From positions 64,001 through 128,000 of the forward strand of contig JANNVX010000041.1 in assembly GCA_031414595.1 (NCBI GenBank): 64,000 bases of DNA, written 5' to 3'. Position numbers and translations under genes: made by a program. Under the pieces are notes generated by a model. The model saw only the letters and a program-made list of their open reading frames with translations, searched no databases and was not told the DNA's origin. The first letter of the stretch is position 1; each line of letters starts with the position of its first letter. Source of the stretch: Deinococcales bacterium (GTDB lineage: Bacteria; Deinococcota; Deinococci; Deinococcales; JAAFIG01). Below are positions 41,174-51,037 of the stretch, in pieces.

Positions 41174-41630
41174 TTTGGAATAGTTCCACAAGTTGGTCTA
41201 AGCACATCCCCCAACCAACATGAAACCCCATGTCTTCGTGTTGCTGGCGGCTGGCTTCGTCTTTGTGCATGGCAATGGCGGTGTACTTTGTACCATTACC
41301 GTGTGGCTCGAGCAGAATCGTAGCGGTAAAAAAGGCTTTTTCGTTGGGTCTAAAATCTGCCCCTAAAGCATCGGTAAAGACCAATTTTTGATTGGGGATA
41401 ATTTCTAAATAACAGCCTGTGTTTGGAAAGTCTTGTCCTTCGGGTGAGCGCATGGTGGTGCTGCATAATCCACCAACCCGTAAATCAATCTCGCAGTGGG
41501 CGGTTGTCCAAGGGCGCGGCGCAAACCATTTTTTGAGCTGTTCGGGTTGCGTCCAAGCTGCCCAGACCAGTTCTGGTTTGACATCCACAATACGTTCGAG
41601 TTTCAGGTCGGTGCCTGGGTTAAAGTTCAT
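41166..41630 (-). CDS. SRPBCC/AHSA1 domain protein
   Basis: VWAAWT.PE...WF and [10 protein letters not shown] motifs. Confidence 0.9.
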   Translation of the reverse strand: MNFNPGTDLKLERIVDVKPELVWAAWTQPEQLKKWFAPRPWTTAHCEIDLRVGGLCSTTMRSPEGQDFPNTGCYLEIIPNQKLVFTDALGADFRPNEKAFFTATILLEPHGNGTKYTAIAMHKDEASRQQHEDMGFHVGWGMCLDQLVELFQNA

Positions 41631-41982
41631 GGTTCTCCTTATTTGGCTCGAGAGAGGGCTTGATGTACATTAAATAACTGTCTAGTTGGTCTAATCGTGT
41701 TTCCCAGATGTGCCGTTGGCTGCTTAACCAATGCTCAACTTGCTGGATGGTTTCTGGCTCGAGGTGATAGGTGCGTACTCGACCTGTTTTTTTTGAGTGT
41801 ACCAAACCGCTTTTCTCGAGTACCCCAAGGTGTTGCACAAACGAAGGCAGTGCCATATGAAAAGGACTGGCGAGTTGGCTAACGGTGGCTGCCCCAAGGC
41901 TCAGGCGTTCAATCACAGCGCGGCGGGTTGGGTCGGCAAGCGCCTGAAAAATTTGGCTGTACTCGAGTAATTGCTTAGGCAC
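41620..41982 (-). CDS. ArsR/SmtB family transcriptional regulator
   Basis: [20 protein letters not shown] and GRVR motifs. Confidence 0.92.
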   Translation of the reverse strand: MPKQLLEYSQIFQALADPTRRAVIERLSLGAATVSQLASPFHMALPSFVQHLGVLEKSGLVHSKKTGRVRTYHLEPETIQQVEHWLSSQRHIWETRLDQLDSYLMYIKPSLEPNKENHEL

Positions 41983-42018
41983 TTACCTAAGTATAAATGA
42001 TTGGACTATTCTTGTCAA
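41974..42018 (-). promoter_or_regulatory. Leaderless promoter and ArsR operator
   Basis: TTGACA-17-TATACT-7-GTG; CTTAGG-N6-CCTAAG (41974-41991) overlaps the start codon. Confidence 0.75.
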
Positions 42019-42144
42019 GTCGCATTTTTGATAAACCATTACGTAATTAGACAATTTTGGTAACACTGGCTATAGTATGACGGTTTTGCACTCGAGCCAC
42101 GGCATGGTCTTGCACTCGAGCCAAAAAAGCCGCATACTCGAGTT

Positions 42145-42795
42145 GTGCATTTATATTTAGATACCGCCATCGTCGAAGAAGTCCGTGAAATCGCTGCTTG
42201 GGGCGTTTTGAGTGGTTGTACCACCAATCCTAGCCTGATTTTGGCTTCGGGTCGAAAATTCGAGGAAGTCATTTCCGAGATTATCGAACTGGTCAAGGGT
42301 CCGGTTTCTGCCGAAGTGACGGCGCTAGACACGGCTGGAATGATTAGCCAAGGTAAGGAACTGCGTAAAATCTCAAATCATGTAGTGGTTAAACTGCCGA
42401 CCAACCCAGAAGGTTTAGCCGCTTGCCGTGCTTTGTCCGATGATGGACACCCAGTCAACATGACTTTGTGCTTTTCGATGAACCAAGCAATTTTGATGGC
42501 TCGAGCCGGTGCAGCTTATATTTCGCCGTTCCTTGGGCGTGTGGATGACATCAGCCAAGATGGGATGCAACTCATTAAAGACATTCGCCTGATGCTCGAC
42601 ACCCATGACTTAAAAAGCCAGATTATTGCTGCCAGTATCCGCCACCCAATGCACGTTCACCAAGCTGCTTTGGCAGGAGCGCACATTGGCACGATGCCCG
42701 CAAAAATCTTTCAAATGCTGATTAAGCACCCTTTAACCGATGCTGGGTTAGAAAAATTCAATAGCGATTGGGAAAAAGCCAAGAAGAACCAGTAA
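42145..42795 (+). CDS. fsa: Transaldolase / fructose-6-phosphate aldolase family protein
   Basis: LDTA, TTNPSL, VVKLP, SPFLGR and AASIRHP motifs. Confidence 0.88.
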   Translation: MHLYLDTAIVEEVREIAAWGVLSGCTTNPSLILASGRKFEEVISEIIELVKGPVSAEVTALDTAGMISQGKELRKISNHVVVKLPTNPEGLAACRALSDDGHPVNMTLCFSMNQAILMARAGAAYISPFLGRVDDISQDGMQLIKDIRLMLDTHDLKSQIIAASIRHPMHVHQAALAGAHIGTMPAKIFQMLIKHPLTDAGLEKFNSDWEKAKKNQ

Positions 42796-42819
42796 AAATT
42801 TGGTATTCAAAATCATAAG

Positions 42820-42970
42820 TACAACCCCGAAATGTTTTAGAGTTCTTTGCTAAAACATTTCCGACCAACGGGAGTACGGACAACGTATCTCACGCCGAAG
42901 TGACAGAATTGACGCTTTTTGGAAATTCTAAAACGAAGGTGGGAGATACTTAGTTCAAAACTTGGGTGTA
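42820..42970. repeat. Structured ~150-bp intergenic element (SNR/SRE-like)
   Basis: 12-bp perfect hairpin at 42829-42861, CCGACCAACGGGAGT linker, second GTATCTC/GAGATAC stem, imperfect inverted termini. Single copy in this window. Confidence 0.45.
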
Positions 42971-42997
42971 GATTGAAAAAAATGCTATTGTTACGTT

Positions 42998-43486
42998 ATG
43001 AGCGAAAAAATTCAGGATGCACTTCAGTTTCAATTTGCCGCTTCATTGCAAATGCTTGGTAATGCCATTGGTGCTTGCCCAGATGAAGTTTGGGGCGATC
43101 AAATCAGTTACTATGAATTTTGGTATTATGCGTATCATACCATTTTCTGGACAGATTTTTACTTATCAGGTATACCAGAAGAAGAATTTAGTCCACCTGC
43201 ACCGTTTACCCTTGGTGAATTTGAAGCCGATGTCTTACCGCCTCGAGTTTATCGCCAAACAGAATTACTCGAGTACCTCGAGTCTGTCAAAATCAAGTGC
43301 AAATCACATATTTTGAGCTTAACTGCCGAAAACATGATGCAGCACCTCACAATTTGGCGGCGTGATTACAGCCATCTCGAGTGGTTGCTGTATAACTTGC
43401 GTCATGTTCAACACCATGCCGCCCAACTGAATTTATTGTTGCGACAACGCACCAATAGCGTACCAAACTGGGTATCAAGGGGCTGA
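42998..43486 (+). CDS. DinB family protein
   Basis: YHTIFW.D.YL and YNLRHVQHHAAQL motifs. Confidence 0.88.
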   Translation: MSEKIQDALQFQFAASLQMLGNAIGACPDEVWGDQISYYEFWYYAYHTIFWTDFYLSGIPEEEFSPPAPFTLGEFEADVLPPRVYRQTELLEYLESVKIKCKSHILSLTAENMMQHLTIWRRDYSHLEWLLYNLRHVQHHAAQLNLLLRQRTNSVPNWVSRG

Positions 43487-43500
43487 ACCATTATTGTGGC

Positions 43501-44922
43501 TTATGTCCGAGCATAAGCCGCTCTAAACTTGGCTCGAGTTTGCTGCAACACCTCAAGATTGGCGTTAGGTTGGGCAATTAATTTGGCTTTTTGCAGCCTT
43601 TGCGTGGTCTGAAAAGCATTCTTAAAAGTACCAATGCCAAGGGCTGCCAATAATGCCGCGCCTCTGGCACTGGCGTTGCTTGTGCCGCTCGAAAAAAGCG
43701 GTTTCTCGAGAACATCACAAAGCAGTTGTTGCCAGCGTGAGTCGAGTGTGCCGCCGCCAACCAGTTGTAATTCTGGGATGATCAAGCCAGTCTGCTCGAG
43801 GGCGCTCAGTCCGTCTTGAATACCAAACGCCACACCCTCAAGGGCGGCTCGAGCCAAATGCGCTTTTTCGTGCTGTAAGCCTAAATTGAGAAATGCACCT
43901 CGGGCGTTTGGGTTTAAGTGCGGGGTGCGTTCACCACTTAAATACGGTAAAAAAATCAAATTTTGGCTGTTGGGTACGCTAAACGCCAAGTCATGGAAAG
44001 TTGCCCAGTCTATACCAAGCCAGCCCCTGACCCGCTCGAGCGCCAAGCCAGCATTTTGCATCGCGCTCATGGCATAGTATTTGGCATTACTCTCGAGAAC
44101 AGTGCGGTAACAATGGGTAGATTTTCCAAATTGAGCGCTTGGGATTGGCACAATAATTTGTGCGCCAGTCCCGACACTTAATTGGGCTGTGCCAGTTTCT
44201 AAAATCCCGTTACCAAGCATCGCGCAGGGTGTATCTCCGCCGCCAATTGCCACGGGAATCCCCACAGGCAAACCAAGATGCAGCGCTGCTTCTCGGGTTA
44301 AACCCCCAGCAATAGAAGTAGAGGCAAGCACTTTCGGCACAATTTGCGGTAACTCGAGGGTATCAAAAACATCCCAAGCCCAATCGTTGGTTTGAAGGTC
44401 GTACAACAAGGTCGCAGACGCATCTGAAGGGTCGGTTGCAACTGTGCCAGTTAAACAAAATCGCAACCAATCTTTGGGTAGTAAAGCCCATTTAACCCCA
44501 TCTAGCCCGAAGTTTTTCCTGTACCAAAGCAGGGTCGCGCCCATCATCCCAGCCACAATTGGGTTGCTTAATCGCTCGAGTTGAGATGTTGCTAATTTTT
44601 TGTAGTCCTCGAGAACACTGCTCGAGCGATTATCTGACCACAAAATTGCATTTTGAATTGGTTGGCAATGTGCATCACAAAGCACTGTGCCGTGCATCTG
44701 CCCAGATAAGCCTATCGCAGAAACTTCTGCCCCATAACTGCCAATCGCTTCTCGAGCCGCCGCCCCAATCGCTTCCCACCACTCGAGCGGATTGCTCTCT
44801 GCCCAACCGTTCTGAGGTGCAATGACTGCATAGCTTCTCGAGGCTTGACCCAGCACCACCCAATCAGCACTTAAAAGCAGCGCCTTACAAGAACCCGTGC
44901 CAAGGTCAAGTCCTAGAAGCAT
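43501..44922 (-). CDS. FGGY carbohydrate kinase (xylulokinase-like)
   Basis: GLDLGTGS, SGQMHG and PYLSGERTP motifs. Confidence 0.88.
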   Translation of the reverse strand: MLLGLDLGTGSCKALLLSADWVVLGQASRSYAVIAPQNGWAESNPLEWWEAIGAAAREAIGSYGAEVSAIGLSGQMHGTVLCDAHCQPIQNAILWSDNRSSSVLEDYKKLATSQLERLSNPIVAGMMGATLLWYRKNFGLDGVKWALLPKDWLRFCLTGTVATDPSDASATLLYDLQTNDWAWDVFDTLELPQIVPKVLASTSIAGGLTREAALHLGLPVGIPVAIGGGDTPCAMLGNGILETGTAQLSVGTGAQIIVPIPSAQFGKSTHCYRTVLESNAKYYAMSAMQNAGLALERVRGWLGIDWATFHDLAFSVPNSQNLIFLPYLSGERTPHLNPNARGAFLNLGLQHEKAHLARAALEGVAFGIQDGLSALEQTGLIIPELQLVGGGTLDSRWQQLLCDVLEKPLFSSGTSNASARGAALLAALGIGTFKNAFQTTQRLQKAKLIAQPNANLEVLQQTRAKFRAAYART

Positions 44923-44963
44923 AAAAACAGAAAAAGAAAAACCCTAATGAATTATTTTTCAGT

Positions 44964-45070
44964 GGGCAAGGCTTCTTGCCCATAAACGCGCACCTAACGG
45001 GCATGGTCGCATGCCTTGCCCCTACGGTTTAGAACAGCTTTTACCGTAGGGGTGAGGCATGCCTCACCCT
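44964..45070. repeat. REP doublet; the left-hand REP carries a 38-bp insert
   Basis: Minus strand GTAGGGGCAAGGCAT[38 bp]GCCTTGCCC, a 20-nt spacer, then plus strand GTAGGGGTGAGGCATGCCTCACCCT. Confidence 0.8.
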
Positions 45071-45147
45071 TTGCGGTCAATGATGATTCATTCCCAAATC
45101 GGGAAATTGATTTTAGATAAATCATAAACCTTCCTTTTTCCCTAGCA

Positions 45148-45930
45148 TCATGCTAGTACCTCATTTGGAATATCTTCGACTTTCATTGCCCCTGTCATAA
45201 TCGCAACCGTGTCGGACATGCTGATTTTCTTGGGATTAACCACGGCGGCGCGTTTACCAAGGCGTTGGACATGAATTCGGTCGGCGATTTCAAAAACGTG
45301 TGGCATGTTGTGGCTAATGATAATCACAGGTAAACCACTTTCACGCACTCGGCGGATTAAATCGAGTACCATATTGCCTTCTTTGACCCCTAAAGCGGCA
45401 GTTGGTTCGTCCATAATCACCACATGGCGGGCAAAGGCAGCACTGCGAGCCACAGCCACACCTTGACGCTGCCCACCAGATAAGGTCTCGACCGCTTGGC
45501 TCATGCTGCGAATACCTATTTTTAAGCCAGCCATGTGATTGGTGGCTTCTTCTAACATTTTTTTGTGGTCAATCACCCGAAAGAGTTTTGCTAAGAAGCC
45601 CGGGCGCAGAATTTCGCGTCCTAAAAATAAGTTCTCGGCTATCGTCATGGCGGGGGCAACCGCTAGGTCTTGATAAACCGTTTCGATGCCGTGCTGCCGT
45701 GCATCTATTGGGCTACGGAATTTGACGGGTTTACCATCGAGCATTATCTCGCCAGAATCGGGAATGGTTGCGCCAGACAGGGCTTTAATTAAACTGCTTT
45801 TGCCCGCGCCATTATCACCAATCACAGCCAGGATTTCACCGGCTCGCAGTAAAAAATCTGTGCCATCCAAGGCGGTCACTTGTCCGTAACGTTTGACCAG
45901 ATTTTTAGCTTCAAAAATCGTCTCTGTCAT
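45148..45930 (-). CDS. Monosaccharide ABC ATP-binding protein (FrcA-like)
   Basis: GDNGAGKS, LSGGQRQ and MDEPTAALG motifs. Confidence 0.9.
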   Translation of the reverse strand: MTETIFEAKNLVKRYGQVTALDGTDFLLRAGEILAVIGDNGAGKSSLIKALSGATIPDSGEIMLDGKPVKFRSPIDARQHGIETVYQDLAVAPAMTIAENLFLGREILRPGFLAKLFRVIDHKKMLEEATNHMAGLKIGIRSMSQAVETLSGGQRQGVAVARSAAFARHVVIMDEPTAALGVKEGNMVLDLIRRVRESGLPVIIISHNMPHVFEIADRIHVQRLGKRAAVVNPKKISMSDTVAIMTGAMKVEDIPNEVLA

Positions 45931-45932
45931 AC

Positions 45933-46931
45933 TCACCTCGAGTTCTTGCCTTTTGAAAGTTGGTCTACCGCCACAGCCACAATCACCAGTACACCAGTAA
46001 TCAGAATTTGTACCTCGGAACGTGCGCCCATCAGGGTTAAGCCACTGCGAAAAACCCCACTGATTAACGCCCCAACAATTGTACCAATCAGTAAACCGCG
46101 CCCACCGAACAGGCTTGTGCCGCCAAGTACCACTGCCGTTATCGAGTCTAAATTCTCGGTCTGTCCTGCGTTGGGGTTGCCAATGCCGTATCTCGAGACC
46201 GATAACCAACCCGCAATGCCGTAAATCAGTCCAGCCAAGGTATAAACCATCAGTAAGACCCGTTGGGTTGGAATGCCAGTCAAACGAGCCGCTTCTGGGT
46301 TGTTGCCAACCGCGTACAAGTGTCTACCGGGGGCGGTGTTACTTAAAGCCCATGAAATAGCAGTGAATAAAAAAAGTGTTAAGGCAATGCCCGTGCCGTA
46401 GCCAATGGTGATACCACCAATTGCAATATCTTGTTTGAACCACAATAAAATCGAAGATTCATCACTGACCGTAATGGTTTGGGCTTGGGTGTAAATTTGG
46501 GTGATCGCAAAAGCGATATTCAGTGTGCCAAGCGTGACAATAAACGGTGGAAGTTTTAAGGTTGTGACCAGTAAGCCATTCAAGAAACCAAAGCCAGTGC
46601 TGACGGTTAAGCCAATCAGTAAACTAACAGGGGCTGGCAAACCAAAATCGGCGGCGAGTTTGGTCATTAACATTGTACTGAGCGCCATCACCATACCGCA
46701 AGATAAATCAATCCCACCGGTTAGAATAATCAGGGTTTGTCCAATTGCCAGCACCGCCACAACCATGACCTGCGAGATGATTAAAGCGCCATTATTGGGG
46801 GTGAGAAAATTAGGATGTTGGGTTGCGAAAAATCCAATCGATAAGAACAGTGCCAAAATTGGACCAAGTACCGAAATACTCGGTAGTTTCTCGAGCCAAT
46901 TGTTTTTATTTTGTGTGCCTTGGTTTGTCAT
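45933..46931 (-). CDS. Monosaccharide ABC permease (FrcC/RbsC-like)
   Basis: GGIDLS and AVVLGGTSLFGGRG motifs. Confidence 0.9.
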   Translation of the reverse strand: MTNQGTQNKNNWLEKLPSISVLGPILALFLSIGFFATQHPNFLTPNNGALIISQVMVVAVLAIGQTLIILTGGIDLSCGMVMALSTMLMTKLAADFGLPAPVSLLIGLTVSTGFGFLNGLLVTTLKLPPFIVTLGTLNIAFAITQIYTQAQTITVSDESSILLWFKQDIAIGGITIGYGTGIALTLFLFTAISWALSNTAPGRHLYAVGNNPEAARLTGIPTQRVLLMVYTLAGLIYGIAGWLSVSRYGIGNPNAGQTENLDSITAVVLGGTSLFGGRGLLIGTIVGALISGVFRSGLTLMGARSEVQILITGVLVIVAVAVDQLSKGKNSR

Positions 46932-46993
46932 ATTCACCCTGACTTTACTCTTTTTGGAGTGATTGAATCGCACTCGATGCTCGAGTGATTGAG

Positions 46994-47019
46994 AAGAGGG
47001 CGCGAATTTGCGCCCTCTT
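46994..47019. terminator. Intergenic hairpin downstream of the binding-protein gene
   Basis: AAGAGGGCGC-gaattt-GCGCCCTCTT. Confidence 0.55.
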
Positions 47020-47127
47020 TTGTGCTTGGAGGAGTGGGAAACCCGTCACCCCTCGAGACGGATTTCCCAGATATGAAGTCGTTTTCCTCGAGCCTCATAG
47101 CCCATAGCTCAAGACTCAAAGCTCTTC

Positions 47128-48117
47128 TTAGTTGCCCCAGCAGTTGGCAAGTCCGAATGCGACATTCTTGCTACCAATACCGACCAAAGCACGCTTGGCA
47201 ATTAAGGTCACGCCAGTGTCCACATAGCCCTTGGCTTTGACACCAGTCTTGGCGTATTTGACACCCGCAGCCACACCCAAAGCAGCCATTTTCAGTGGGT
47301 ATTGTTGGCTGGTTGCCACAATCACGTTCTTGTCTACGTTACGAACGCCTTCACAGCCACCGTCTACGCTAAAAATAGCGGCGGTTTTCTTGGCAGCTTT
47401 AAGGGCTTGGAATGCACCTGCGGCGGCTGGTTCGTTGATCGTGTAAACCACGTTAATGTCTGGGTTTTTCTGCAAGCAGTTTTCCATGGCGGTTTGACCT
47501 TTGGCTTGGTCGCCGAAGGTATCTTGGCTGCATACAACTTGGGCAGTGGTGGCAAGGTCTGCTGTGTCTGCGTCTATGTTATCTGCGCCTAAACCAGCCA
47601 AAAAGCCGTTGTGACGAGCAATCCCAACTGGATGACCAGGGAAAAGGTCGAGCATCGCAATTTTAAGGGTTTTGCCTTTGAGTTGGGCGGCGGCGTATTC
47701 ACCAATCAGAACGCCAGCCTTAAAGTTGTCGGTAGCATAGAGTGCGTCTACGGCATCGGCTGGTTCGGTTGGGCTGTCAAGCGCAATCACTTGAACACCA
47801 GCCGCTTGGGCTTTTTTGATGGCTGGAACGATTGCCTTAGAATCTGATGGGGTAATCAGAATAGTTTGTGCGCCAGCCGCTACAAAGTTCTCAATCGCAG
47901 CCACTTGCCCAGCGTTGTCACCGTCTTGCTTACCGGCAGCACTTAAGAATTTTGCACCCAAACGAGCCGCTTCTTTTGAAGCACCTTCTTTCATTTTGAC
48001 AAAAAACGGGTTGGATTCGGTTTTGGTGATTAAACCAATGATTGGTGACTTGCCTTGGGCAAGTGCCAATGCCAAGGTGCTTACGCCAAGGGCAGCTAAC
48101 AGAGCAATTTTACGCAT
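47128..48117 (-). CDS. Monosaccharide ABC substrate-binding protein (FrcB-like)
   Basis: LITKTESNPFFVKMKEGA and ATSQQYPL motifs. Confidence 0.88.
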   Translation of the reverse strand: MRKIALLAALGVSTLALALAQGKSPIIGLITKTESNPFFVKMKEGASKEAARLGAKFLSAAGKQDGDNAGQVAAIENFVAAGAQTILITPSDSKAIVPAIKKAQAAGVQVIALDSPTEPADAVDALYATDNFKAGVLIGEYAAAQLKGKTLKIAMLDLFPGHPVGIARHNGFLAGLGADNIDADTADLATTAQVVCSQDTFGDQAKGQTAMENCLQKNPDINVVYTINEPAAAGAFQALKAAKKTAAIFSVDGGCEGVRNVDKNVIVATSQQYPLKMAALGVAAGVKYAKTGVKAKGYVDTGVTLIAKRALVGIGSKNVAFGLANCWGN

Positions 48118-48193
48118 GGTGGTTCTCCTATTTTGAAAGAGGGCGAATGACCGAAAATCTGACGGATAATTGAACGCCTAAATTACTCGTTCG

Positions 48194-49213
48194 TTAAGAA
48201 AGCACTTGGATGGGCGGTGGAGCGGTGCTAAAGCGTTGAATAAAGTTGGTGGCTAAACGAATCTGAATCGGTTTTTGGGTTCTGCCACGCTCGAGTCGGT
48301 CAAGTAAGGTTTCGCAGGCAAGGTAAGCCAATTCGTAAGCTGGTTGGGCGACCACGGTAATACTGGGTTGTAAGAGTTTTGCCCAACGTGAATCGTCAAA
48401 ACCAACAATGCTTAGGTCGGCAGGGATAACCAGTCCTAAATCTCTGGCGGCAAAAATTGCCCCAATCGTCATTTCGTTGTTTCCGACAAACAGGGCGGTT
48501 GGGCGTTCACCTTCGGGTCTCGAGAGCAGATTATGGGTAGCTAAGCGTCCACCGTCTTCACGATGATTGCCAGTTTGTACGAGGTCGTCACGGTACGTGA
48601 TACCCGCTTCGGCGAGGGCTTCTTTATACCCAGTATGGCGCTCGACGGCGGTAGATATATCAAGGCTACCTGCAATCATGCCAATCCGTTTGTGTCCAAG
48701 GCTGGTCAGGTGTTGCACGGCGGTTCTCGAGCCGCCAATGTTATCTACCATGATTGTGTGTGCGCCTTTCAGTCCACTGGCACGGTCAAGTTCGATAACT
48801 GGCAAGTTGCCAATTAAACCTAAGTTTTCTTGTGCGCCAGCCGTTGGCATGATAATTAAACCTTGTGGCATGTGGCTGCGTAGACTCTCTAGGGCTTTGC
48901 GTTCTTTATCCGAGTCTTCGTCGGTGTTAAACATAAAGACGGTATAATCGCGTTTGGCAGCCGCATCTTGAACCCCTTTGGCGAGCATCGCGTTACCGGG
49001 GTTCAGCACATCGGAGATGATTAGACCAATGCTCTGGCTTTGTCCGCGCCGCAGCGCACTGGCTAACTGATTGGGCTGGTAGCCAAGTTGATTGGCAATC
49101 TCGAGAACCCGTTCGCGGGTTTTGGTGTTGACCAAATCCGGACGGGTAAACGCCCTCGAGACGGTGGCTCGAGAAACTTGGGCGAGATTGGCTACTTGGT
49201 CTACATCAATCAT
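48194..49213 (-). CDS. LacI family transcriptional regulator
   Basis: VANLAQVSRATVSR, LGYQPN and SIVGFDD motifs. Confidence 0.92.
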   Translation of the reverse strand: MIDVDQVANLAQVSRATVSRAFTRPDLVNTKTRERVLEIANQLGYQPNQLASALRRGQSQSIGLIISDVLNPGNAMLAKGVQDAAAKRDYTVFMFNTDEDSDKERKALESLRSHMPQGLIIMPTAGAQENLGLIGNLPVIELDRASGLKGAHTIMVDNIGGSRTAVQHLTSLGHKRIGMIAGSLDISTAVERHTGYKEALAEAGITYRDDLVQTGNHREDGGRLATHNLLSRPEGERPTALFVGNNEMTIGAIFAARDLGLVIPADLSIVGFDDSRWAKLLQPSITVVAQPAYELAYLACETLLDRLERGRTQKPIQIRLATNFIQRFSTAPPPIQVLS

Positions 49214-49226
49214 TATGGTGTCCTTT

Positions 49227-49354
49227 TGCAATCGAATGCAGTTATCTCGAGGCGAAAAGTAGACATAGAAGGCTTTTTTTGCCTAAATTTATACTTTTTC
49301 GACTTTGTATTGCAATCGTTTGCAAAGTATACGCAGTTTGCAAGACGGTTTGCA
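49227..49354. promoter_or_regulatory. Candidate LacI-type operators
   Basis: TGCAATCGAATGCA (49227-49240) and TTGCAATCGTTTGCAA (49310-49325); a weaker site at 49339-49354. Confidence 0.65.
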
Positions 49355-49431
49355 AGTATCTTGGAATACATAAGGTTAAGGACACAAACCCAAAGAACTC
49401 GTAGTCTCGAGAAACACGCTAGAATCAGACC

Positions 49432-51036
49432 ATGCACCTATTATCAACCAATCCTTACGCCAGTCACCGTCACTCGAGTTACGGCACATATGGCGCGGTT
49501 GCCACCAGCCAAGCGCTGGCGGCTCAGGCTGGGCTGCAAATACTGCGGGCTGGAGGAAACGCGGTAGATGCGGCGATTGCCACTGCCGCTTGCCTAACGG
49601 TGGTTGAACCCACCAGCAATGGTATCGGCGGCGATGCCTTTGCCCTTGTTTGGGATGGCACAAAACTGCATGGTTTGAACGCTTCGGGACGCTCTCCACA
49701 GAATCTTTCAAAAACACTGCTCGAGGGGCAAGGACACAGCACCATGCCACAACAAGGCTGGCTCAGTGTGACTGTACCAGGAGTACCCGCCGCTTGGCGA
49801 GATTTACACCAGAAATTTGGACGCTTACCGTTTGAAGAACTGCTCGAGCCAGCTATTTTCTATGCCGAGCATGGGTTTGTGGTTTCAAGTACCGTCGCCA
49901 GATTCTGGGCGTATGCTGCCCAAAAATATGCACTGCTCGAGGGGCAAGAATTTAAGCCTTGGCTCGATACCTTTACAAGAGATTCACGTAGCCCACAAGC
50001 GGGTGAAAAGTTCTTAATGCCAGACCATGCCAGAACTTTGCGCCGAATCGCCCAAACTTACAGCCAAGATTTTTATACAGGCAGCCTCGCCCAACAAATC
50101 GAAGATTTTGCAGCCCAGACTGGCGGGGTCATCACCCAAGCCGATTTACGCGCCCACAGCAACACTTGGGTTGACCCAATCGGCACCAATTATCGGGGCT
50201 ATGATGTTTGGGAAATCCCACCCAACGGACAAGGGATTGCCACTTTAAGCGCCCTCAATATCCTTGAAGGTTTTGATTTGTCGCGTCTGGCTCGAGACAG
50301 CGTGGAAAGTTATCATTTACAACTCGAAGCCATGAAACTCGGGTTTTCCGATGCCTTAGCCTATGTTGCCGACCCGACTCGAGTGAGTGTCCCTACGGCT
50401 GGGCTGCTGGATAAAGCCTATGCTGCCGAGCGCCGAGCCCTGATTGGTGAAATGGCATTGCTGCCTAGCCCCGGACAACCACCCAAAGGCGGCACGGTCT
50501 ACTTATGCACTGCCGATTCAGACGGGATGATGGTCAGTTATATCCAAAGTAATTACGCTGGTTTTGGCAGTGGGATTGTGATTCCAAATACGGGTATTGC
50601 CCTGCAAAACCGAGGCGCAAATTTTAATCTCGAGACCAACCACCCAAACTGTTTTGAACCAAATAAACGCCCCTACCACACGATTATTCCAGCTTTTCTA
50701 AGTAAAGATAACCAAGCCATCGGCGCTTTTGGGGTGATGGGCGGATTTATGCAGCCGCAAGGACACCTGCAAATGATTGTCAACACCATAGATTACAACT
50801 TGCATCCACAAGCAGCCCTAGACGCACCACGTTGGCAATGGACGGAACAAAAAAACATTGAACTCGAGATGCAGACCCCACAACATCTTGCCCAAGCACT
50901 ACGCGCCAAAGGACATAATGTACACCTTCAACTCGAGAGTGGCAGTTTTGGACGCGGACAGATTGTTTGGAAAATTGGCGATGCCCTGATAGCAGGGACA
51001 GAATCCAGATGTGACGGTGCAGCCTTGGTGTACTGA
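49432..51036 (+). CDS. ggt: Gamma-glutamyltransferase family protein
   Basis: GGNAVDAAIA, GIGGD, GGTVY (Thr nucleophile) and GVMGG.MQPQGH motifs. Confidence 0.88.
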   Translation: MHLLSTNPYASHRHSSYGTYGAVATSQALAAQAGLQILRAGGNAVDAAIATAACLTVVEPTSNGIGGDAFALVWDGTKLHGLNASGRSPQNLSKTLLEGQGHSTMPQQGWLSVTVPGVPAAWRDLHQKFGRLPFEELLEPAIFYAEHGFVVSSTVARFWAYAAQKYALLEGQEFKPWLDTFTRDSRSPQAGEKFLMPDHARTLRRIAQTYSQDFYTGSLAQQIEDFAAQTGGVITQADLRAHSNTWVDPIGTNYRGYDVWEIPPNGQGIATLSALNILEGFDLSRLARDSVESYHLQLEAMKLGFSDALAYVADPTRVSVPTAGLLDKAYAAERRALIGEMALLPSPGQPPKGGTVYLCTADSDGMMVSYIQSNYAGFGSGIVIPNTGIALQNRGANFNLETNHPNCFEPNKRPYHTIIPAFLSKDNQAIGAFGVMGGFMQPQGHLQMIVNTIDYNLHPQAALDAPRWQWTEQKNIELEMQTPQHLAQALRAKGHNVHLQLESGSFGRGQIVWKIGDALIAGTESRCDGAALVY

Positions 51037-51037
51037 T

